A DNA stretch of 27,355 nucleotides from a virus: IMG/VR virus record IMGVR_UViG_3300045988_120747, positions 1 through 27,355 of that record. The stretch is one strand, 5' to 3'. Both the position numbers and the translations under genes were made by a program. This document shows positions 21,920 to 27,355 of this stretch, piece by piece (the first letter of the stretch is position 1; every line of letters starts with the position of its first letter). The notes under the pieces are model-generated. The model did not search any database, was not told where the DNA came from, and worked only from the letters and a program-made list of their open reading frames with translations.

Positions 21920-23268
21920 GAGCAATCACCGGGCGGAATTGGGATGTGGTCCTTGAGTATGCCGAGAGCATACGCAGCGGCCGGAAATGCGCCTGCCCCG
22001 AGCTCAAGCAAGCGGTTGAGCGTTTCTTCCGAGACCTCGACGACCCAAGATATTACCTTGACCCTAAAGGCCCTGAGTTCTGCATTCAGATCATCGAAAA
22101 GACGATAGTCCACAAGCAGGGCGAGAAGCTTGACGGCACACCGCTTAGAGGAACACCGTTCCTACTGGAACCGTTCCACAAATTCATCATCTACAACGTC
22201 GTCGGGTTCAAACTGACAGGGACGGATGTGGCAAGGTATCACGAAGCCCTGATCTTTATCCCGCGAAAAAACATCAAGACCACCTTTGCGGCAAGCCTGG
22301 CATTCGCTCTATCACTATATTACCGCAAGAGCGGGAGCAAGTGTTACATCGTCGGTGCGGCGCTGAAACAGAGCTTGGAAAGCTTTGAATTTCTGGAATA
22401 CAACATCAAGCACATGGGCGAGGACGCCGCGAGCGGCGGGGCGGTAAAAATTATCAACAACAACAATGAGCATTCCTTAAGGGCGGAGCTGCCCGGCGGG
22501 GACGGCTCATTTTTCATTCAATCCCTCGCGGCAAACCCTGACGCGCAAGACTCACTGAACTGCAACCTTGCAATCTGCGATGAGCTGCACGCCTATAAAA
22601 AGCCGAAGCAGTACAACCTCTTCAAGGAAGCCATGAAGGCCTATTCGAACAAGCTTCTGATCGGCATCAGCACGGCAGGGGATAACGAGCAGATGTTCCT
22701 TGGACAAAGGCTGAAATACTGCCGCAAGGTACTTGAGGGGATAATCAGCGATGAGCAGCTGTTCATCTTCATGTGCTGTGCTCCAAAAGACCCGGAGACG
22801 GGCGAGGTGGATTTCACAAACCCGACAGTCCATGAGATGGCAAATCCGGCCTATGGCATCAGCATACGCCCTGAGGAGATTCTCAACGACAGCATTCAGG
22901 CGCAGAACGACTCACAGCAGCGCAAAGATTTCTTTGCAAAAAGCCTGAACGTCTACACAAATTCCATCAAGGCGTATTTCAACATTGATGAGTTCCGCCG
23001 GTCCGATAAAAAGTATGACTGGACGCTCGACCAGCTACGGCGGCTGCCGATCAAATGGTACGGCGGCGCTGACCTCTCAAAGCTGCATGACCTCACTGCC
23101 GCCGCCCTTGTCGGCAACTACAAGGGCGTGGATATCATCATCACGCACGCCTTTTTCCCGGTGGCTGTCGCCCACAGAAAGGCGGACGAAGATAACATTC
23201 CTCTGTTCGGATGGCAGGATGACGGATGGCAATTAAAGCAATTATGCTGCGCAAGCGCATCGAACTGA
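21916..23268 (+). CDS. terL: Terminase large subunit (Terminase_1 type), C-terminally truncated
   Basis: Walker-like region IFIPRKNIKTTFAA, LAICDELHAY, ISTAGDN, and the start of the nuclease domain (WYGGADLSKLHDLTAAALV). The ORF ends after ...PLFGWQDDGW plus 12 unrelated residues. At 450 aa it is short for a family I recall as well over 500 aa. Confidence 0.85.
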   Translation: MRAITGRNWDVVLEYAESIRSGRKCACPELKQAVERFFRDLDDPRYYLDPKGPEFCIQIIEKTIVHKQGEKLDGTPLRGTPFLLEPFHKFIIYNVVGFKLTGTDVARYHEALIFIPRKNIKTTFAASLAFALSLYYRKSGSKCYIVGAALKQSLESFEFLEYNIKHMGEDAASGGAVKIINNNNEHSLRAELPGGDGSFFIQSLAANPDAQDSLNCNLAICDELHAYKKPKQYNLFKEAMKAYSNKLLIGISTAGDNEQMFLGQRLKYCRKVLEGIISDEQLFIFMCCAPKDPETGEVDFTNPTVHEMANPAYGISIRPEEILNDSIQAQNDSQQRKDFFAKSLNVYTNSIKAYFNIDEFRRSDKKYDWTLDQLRRLPIKWYGGADLSKLHDLTAAALVGNYKGVDIIITHAFFPVAVAHRKADEDNIPLFGWQDDGWQLKQLCCASASN

Positions 23269-24908
23269 AAAAGGCCGAGCTTGCCCAGCACAGGGAAAGA
23301 GCAAAAGAGTTTGAAACTCGCAAATCCGACATCACCGAGGCAATCGGTGAGGCCACCACTGAGGAGGAGATCGACGCTCTCAATGAGGGCATGGATCAGC
23401 TTGAAACCGAGTGGAAAGAGCACGAGGAGACCGAAAATCGCCTCAGCGGCGAAATCGCGGCGCTTGAGCAGCAGCTCACCGAAGAGGAGCAGCGCGGCAC
23501 GCCGCCCATCAACAACCCCGAGAGCGGGGCAAATACCGAAAGGAGCAATCATATGACCACCACCATCAACATCCGTTCTCTGCCCTTTGGCCAGAGAGTA
23601 ATGGACGCGCTGCCTCGCCAGGAGCGCGACGCAATCATCGGGCAGGAGGATAGTAAAAACTTCCTCGCACAGCTGCGCAGCCTCAAGGGCGAGAAGCGCG
23701 GCGTCAGCGGCGGTGAGCTGACCATTCCTGTCGTATTCCTCGACCTCATCGCCGAGAATATGTACAGATACAGCAAGCTGCTCAACCGCGTCCGTGTGCG
23801 CTCTGTTACGGGCACCACCCGTCAGACCATCGCGGGCACGGTCCCGGAAGCTGTCTGGACGGAGATGTGCGCAGCTATCAATGAGCTGACTCTGGTATTC
23901 AACCAGACCACGCTTGATGGCTACAAGGTAGCGGGCTTCGTACCTGTCTGCAACAGCCTGCTGGAGGACAACGACGTCAACCTCGCAAGCTGGATCGTTG
24001 AGATGCTTTCCGAAAGCATCGGCCTCGCAATCGACAAGGCGATCCTCTACGGCAAGGGCGCAGCCAACAGTATGCCTCTCGGCATTGTAACCCGCCTTGC
24101 ACAGCAGAGCAAGCCCGCCGGGTACCCGGCTGCCGCCCCTGCATGGGTCGACCTCCACACCAGCAACATCCTCAAGATCGATGCCAGCAAGACCGGCGCT
24201 GAGTTCTGGGCAGCCCTCCAGATCGCGGCAGGCGCCACGTTCACCCGTTACAGCCGCGGTAATCAGTTCTGGGCGATGAACAGCAAGACCTACGCGCTTC
24301 TCAAGTCCAAGGCAATCACTTTCACCGCATCCGGTGATGTTGTAGCCAATGTTTACGGCATCCTGCCCATCGTGACCGGCGATATCGACATTCTGGAGTT
24401 CATCCCGGACGGCGATATCATCGGCGGTTACGGCGACCTGTACCTCTACGCCGACCGCGCGAGAATGACGATTGAGGAGAGCCGCGAGGTGCAGTTCCTT
24501 CAGGACAACACCGTATTCAAGGGCAAGGCCCGTGCGGACGGTACGCCGGTCGTTCCGGGCGCGTTCGTTGCGATTAATATCAACGGCAGCGAAGTTACCA
24601 CCGCAATGACGTTTGCAGCTGACACGGCGAACGACGCCGACCTTGATTCCCTCAGCGTCGGCACCGGCTCACTCAGCCCGGCCTTTGATGCGGCCACTCA
24701 GAGCTACACGCTCTCTACCACGGCGGCATCCCTCGCAGTCAACGCAGCGGCGGCACAGATCGACGCAAAGGTAGCGATTAGCTACGGCGGAAAGAATGTA
24801 GCCAACGGCGGCAACATTACCCCGACTGCCGGGGCGAGCACCCTCACCGTGACCGTGACCAATGGCAACGCGACCAAGGTGTACACCGTCGCGATCACCA
24901 AGACCTGA
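23226..24908 (+). CDS. HK97-fold major capsid protein with an N-terminal coiled-coil (delta/scaffold-like) region and a C-terminal cadherin-like/Ig-like domain
   Basis: The core motifs LTIPVVFLD, DGYKVAGFVPVCNSLLEDNDVNLASWIVEMLSESIGLAIDKAILYGKG, LGIV and FLQDNTVFKGKARADG are typical of the Phage_capsid family. There is no RBS before either ATG (23226 or 23244). Confidence 0.85.
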   Translation: MAIKAIMLRKRIELKKAELAQHRERAKEFETRKSDITEAIGEATTEEEIDALNEGMDQLETEWKEHEETENRLSGEIAALEQQLTEEEQRGTPPINNPESGANTERSNHMTTTINIRSLPFGQRVMDALPRQERDAIIGQEDSKNFLAQLRSLKGEKRGVSGGELTIPVVFLDLIAENMYRYSKLLNRVRVRSVTGTTRQTIAGTVPEAVWTEMCAAINELTLVFNQTTLDGYKVAGFVPVCNSLLEDNDVNLASWIVEMLSESIGLAIDKAILYGKGAANSMPLGIVTRLAQQSKPAGYPAAAPAWVDLHTSNILKIDASKTGAEFWAALQIAAGATFTRYSRGNQFWAMNSKTYALLKSKAITFTASGDVVANVYGILPIVTGDIDILEFIPDGDIIGGYGDLYLYADRARMTIEESREVQFLQDNTVFKGKARADGTPVVPGAFVAININGSEVTTAMTFAADTANDADLDSLSVGTGSLSPAFDAATQSYTLSTTAASLAVNAAAAQIDAKVAISYGGKNVANGGNITPTAGASTLTVTVTNGNATKVYTVAITKT

Positions 24909-24925
24909 TCTGAAAGGAGCTGCTT

Positions 24926-25210
24926 ATGACGAACGACGAACTGCTCACGATGCTGAAGTATAACCTCAACAAGACCGCAGCGGCGCAGGAGCCGTATCTT
25001 CAGCAGCTCCTTGAAGTTGCGGCGCATGAAATCCGCAGGGAGGGCATAAAAACCCTCTCTGCGGACAACCTTGATGACTGCAACCTGATCGTGATGTATG
25101 CGGCGTATCTGTTTCGCAAGCGCGCCGAGGACAACCCGGTCATGCCGCGAATGCTCCGATATGCCCTTAATAACCGCCTGTTTGCGGAGAAGCTTGGAGG
25201 CACGACATGA
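24926..25210 (+). CDS. Head-tail connector (gp6-like adaptor)
   Basis: gaaaggag RBS. LLTMLKYNLNKT......YLQQLLEVAAHEIRREGI....NLIVMYAAYLFRKR is typical of gp6-like connectors. It lies right after the capsid gene. Confidence 0.7.
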   Translation: MTNDELLTMLKYNLNKTAAAQEPYLQQLLEVAAHEIRREGIKTLSADNLDDCNLIVMYAAYLFRKRAEDNPVMPRMLRYALNNRLFAEKLGGTT

Positions 25211-25557
25211 CGCTTGACAGTGGCATCCTGACCGTGTGCAAGCTCAAGAACACAGCGGCAGCCGGGCAAATGCCGGTCATGCAGCTTGCACAGCAGTCGA
25301 CGCATTACTACGGTGAGCGGACCGTGGGCTATAACAGGCAGTACGCGGCCATGGGCGTGAATCAGCAGATAGATATGCTGGTACGCATATGGCAGGACAG
25401 AGCCGTCAAGATCGGTATGTGCGCCGTCCTCGAGGATGATTCACAGTACCGGATAGACAACGTGCAGCATCTGCTTGATAGTGACGGCTTGGAGGTCACA
25501 GACCTGACCTTAAGCGCGTTGGAGGAGTTCTATGATGTCTTACCGGGAACGCCTTGA
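25207..25557 (+). CDS. Head closure / head-tail adaptor (Phage_H_T_join-like)
   Basis: ATGA overlap. The pattern YYGERTVGYNRQYAAMGVNQQIDMLVRIW....YRIDNVQH, together with size and position, fits this family. Confidence 0.55.
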   Translation: MTLDSGILTVCKLKNTAAAGQMPVMQLAQQSTHYYGERTVGYNRQYAAMGVNQQIDMLVRIWQDRAVKIGMCAVLEDDSQYRIDNVQHLLDSDGLEVTDLTLSALEEFYDVLPGTP

Positions 25558-25861
25558 AAGTATCGGCACTGCACTTGCAACGGCGGTGCCGAACACATAT
25601 CACTACTTCCGCCCGAACCTCCAGCCCCCATTTTGCATATGGGCGGAAGAAAACGGGAGCAGCTTTGCCGCAGACAACAAGACGGTTGAGCACGCGCTCA
25701 CGGGCACTGTGGACTATTTCAGCAAGCAGGAATATGACCCGGCACCGGATGCCATAGAAAGCACCCTGAGCGGGTTAGGACTCATCTGGGAGCTGAACAG
25801 CGTACAGTACGAAGATGAAACCGAGCTTATTCACCATGAATGGACATGGAGTATGCGCTAA
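25532..25861 (+). CDS. Neck / tail-completion protein, family unassigned
   Basis: ggaggag RBS. About 109 aa, lying between the adaptor and the gp10-like gene. Confidence 0.5.
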   Translation: MMSYRERLESIGTALATAVPNTYHYFRPNLQPPFCIWAEENGSSFAADNKTVEHALTGTVDYFSKQEYDPAPDAIESTLSGLGLIWELNSVQYEDETELIHHEWTWSMR

Positions 25862-26367
25862 TGGCAACGATGAAGTTTACCGGCCTCGGCGAATACCTCA
25901 CGAAGCTCGGCGCGCTTGAGGGCGATGAGGAAATAATAAAGCGCGCCGTCTATAAAGGCGCGGCTGTGGTCGCAGATGCCATAAAAGCGGAGCTGGAGGG
26001 TTTGCCGACCATCACCAATGAAGAGGCCATGCACCGGTACAACTCACGAAACCCGTCGGCTTCATCTATGCAGTACATAAGCGAGCCGCAGAAAAAGGGC
26101 TTGATTGACGGTTTCGGTCTCGCCCCAATCGAGAACACCGAGGATTATATCAGCACCAAGGCCGGATTTGACGGCTACAACGGAGTAAAAACAAAGCGCT
26201 GGCCGCACGGTCAGCCCAATGCGATGATAGCCCGTGCTGTCGTGAGCGGGACGTCATTCATGCAGAAAAATGATTTTGTCGGGCGTGCGACGCGCAAGGC
26301 CAAAAAGGCAGCTGAGGCGGCCATGGCGAAATCACTTGACGACGACATAAAAAACAAAATGAAATGA
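25861..26367 (+). CDS. HK97 gp10-family neck/tail-completion protein
   Basis: TAATG overlap start at 25861. Size and the pattern ...AVYKGAAVVADAIKAEL....NAMIARAVVSGTSFMQKNDFV fit the family, as does its position before the major tail gene. Confidence 0.6.
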   Translation: MATMKFTGLGEYLTKLGALEGDEEIIKRAVYKGAAVVADAIKAELEGLPTITNEEAMHRYNSRNPSASSMQYISEPQKKGLIDGFGLAPIENTEDYISTKAGFDGYNGVKTKRWPHGQPNAMIARAVVSGTSFMQKNDFVGRATRKAKKAAEAAMAKSLDDDIKNKMK

Positions 26368-26377
26368 GGCGAATCAT

Positions 26378-27001
26378 ATGTCAGCAGCAGGAAAAGTCTG
26401 TACCGGCTTCTCACGCCCGTGGGTAGCCAAGTACAGCGCAAACGGCGGCACCGTCACATACTCAGGCGCTATGCAGCTTGCCCGCGGCGTAGAGGTCAAG
26501 ATCGACCCGGAAACCGCGGCAGACAATACGTTTTATGCCGACAACATGGCGGCTGAGAGCCAGGAGGGTGTTCTCACCGGCGGCACTACCACCCTGACGG
26601 TCGACGGCCTGTTCCGCAAGGCAGAGGATCTGATAATGGGTCTGCCTGAGACCAAGAGCAAGATCACAATCGACGGCAGCACGCAGGTCAGCGTTACGGA
26701 CTACGACGACGATATGAAGATTCCGTATATCGGGCTTGGCTTCGTCGTGCGGTATATGTCCGACGGTGTCACATCGTACAGCCCGGTAGTACTCACTAAG
26801 CTCCGCACTACCGCATCCTCGGAAGAATACGCCACGCAGGAAGAGGAAATCGACTGGCAGACAAAGGAGCTTGAAATGTCCATACACCGCGACGACAGCA
26901 CTAAGCACCGCTGGAAGCGCGTGGCGGACGATCAGGAGAGCGAAGACGCCGCCGAGGCCTGCATCAAGGCCATGCTCAACTATACAGAGCCGGGCGGCTG
27001 A
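26378..27001 (+). CDS. Major tail (tube) protein, phi13/TP901-1-like
   Basis: 207 aa, lying immediately upstream of the frameshifting chaperone gene. The patterns FYADNMAAES, LTVDGL and ATQEEEIDWQTKELEMSIHRDD resemble this family. Confidence 0.7.
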   Translation: MSAAGKVCTGFSRPWVAKYSANGGTVTYSGAMQLARGVEVKIDPETAADNTFYADNMAAESQEGVLTGGTTTLTVDGLFRKAEDLIMGLPETKSKITIDGSTQVSVTDYDDDMKIPYIGLGFVVRYMSDGVTSYSPVVLTKLRTTASSEEYATQEEEIDWQTKELEMSIHRDDSTKHRWKRVADDQESEDAAEACIKAMLNYTEPGG

Positions 27002-27013
27002 TAGGAGGCTGTT

Positions 27014-27355
27014 ATGATCATATTCGGCAAAGAACGCGGTTTTAGTTTCACCGTCGGTGCGTCCGTGGAGATTGCGGAGATGTGCCCTGACGGCGACCTG
27101 ACCAAGATTGAGAAGTTTCTCAGCGGCAAGTACGGCAGAGTGACGCGCAACGGCGCAAAGCTCATCATTGAGCTCAACAAGGCCTATGAGATGCAGCGCA
27201 GCTTTGAAAATGAGACCTACAAGCCCGAGCCCCTGACCATGGCACAGGTCATGGCACTGAGCGCCGAGCAGTTCACGGCGCTGATGTCTGAGGCAATGGC
27301 AGCCTTTGAGGCCGGGCGCAAGACCACGGTCGAGGTCGAGCCTTCAAAAAAAAAC
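27014..27355 (+). CDS. Tail assembly chaperone (gpG-like), 5' part; runs off the window end and continues at base 100 (stop at 124..126 after circularisation)
   Basis: taggagg RBS. The product MIIFGKERGFSFTVGASVEIAEMCPDGDLTKIEKFLSG...EVEPSKKN is open to the last base of the window. It is absent from the ORF track because it has no stop codon in the window. Confidence 0.8.
   Translation, partial: MIIFGKERGFSFTVGASVEIAEMCPDGDLTKIEKFLSGKYGRVTRNGAKLIIELNKAYEMQRSFENETYKPEPLTMAQVMALSAEQFTALMSEAMAAFEAGRKTTVEVEPSKKN
27257..27355. repeat. Terminal direct repeat copy 2 (identical to 1..99)
   Basis: Exact 99/99 identity, read directly. Confidence 0.95.

Noticed and set aside
23118-24158. 346-aa minus-strand ORF covering the capsid gene
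   Set aside because: It is antisense to a confidently recognised HK97-type capsid gene. It is low complexity and Arg/Ala/Leu/Gly-rich, with no RBS and no recognisable motif.
1-27355. Searched by eye for tRNA/tmRNA, CRISPR arrays, reverse transcriptase/DGR or retron elements, transposases or IS ends, and known multi-gene defence systems
   Set aside because: No cloverleaf-like, repeat-spacer, RT (YxDD) or transposase signatures were seen. The only TA or defence-like cargo recognised is hicAB plus the two membrane proteins reported above. Visual scanning can miss small RNAs.

Overview
The window is one complete, circularly closed genome. Bases 1-99 repeat exactly at 27257-27355, giving a unit length of 27,256 bp. 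It is a temperate, siphovirus-like phage element. The GGAGG-type ribosome binding sites (RBS), fairly high GC and gene families suggest a Clostridia-type Firmicute host, but that is inference only.

Layout on the + strand:
- Tail chaperone with a -1 frameshift, split across the window ends.
- Tail-tip protein (Tal), then BppU-like and second fibre proteins and several micro-ORFs.
- DUF4406-like protein, NlpC/P60 endolysin and holin.

A minus-strand lysogeny block spans 6783-11330:
- Large serine integrase.
- hicAB toxin-antitoxin pair.
- Membrane-tethered XRE regulator.
- AT-rich membrane moron.
- CI-like repressor with divergent promoters.

The + strand then resumes:
- Many small early ORFs.
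- VRR-NUC, a PAPS-reductase-like protein, MT-A70 methylase and an ASCH protein.
- A HUH Rep-like protein, a RinA-like activator and an HNH endonuclease.
- TerS, TerL, HK97-type capsid, connectors and major tail protein.

The most notable result is what is missing. TerL is cut short and runs directly into the capsid gene, so there is no portal and no prohead protease. The chaperone -1 extension runs directly into an N-terminally truncated Tal, so there is no tape measure and no distal tail protein. No replication module is recognisable either. The molecule nevertheless assembles as a circle with the integrase next to the lysis genes (excised form).

This points to a deletion derivative or a helper-dependent mini-phage, with assembly chimerism as the alternative. 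All family assignments come from motif recognition by eye. No searches were run.
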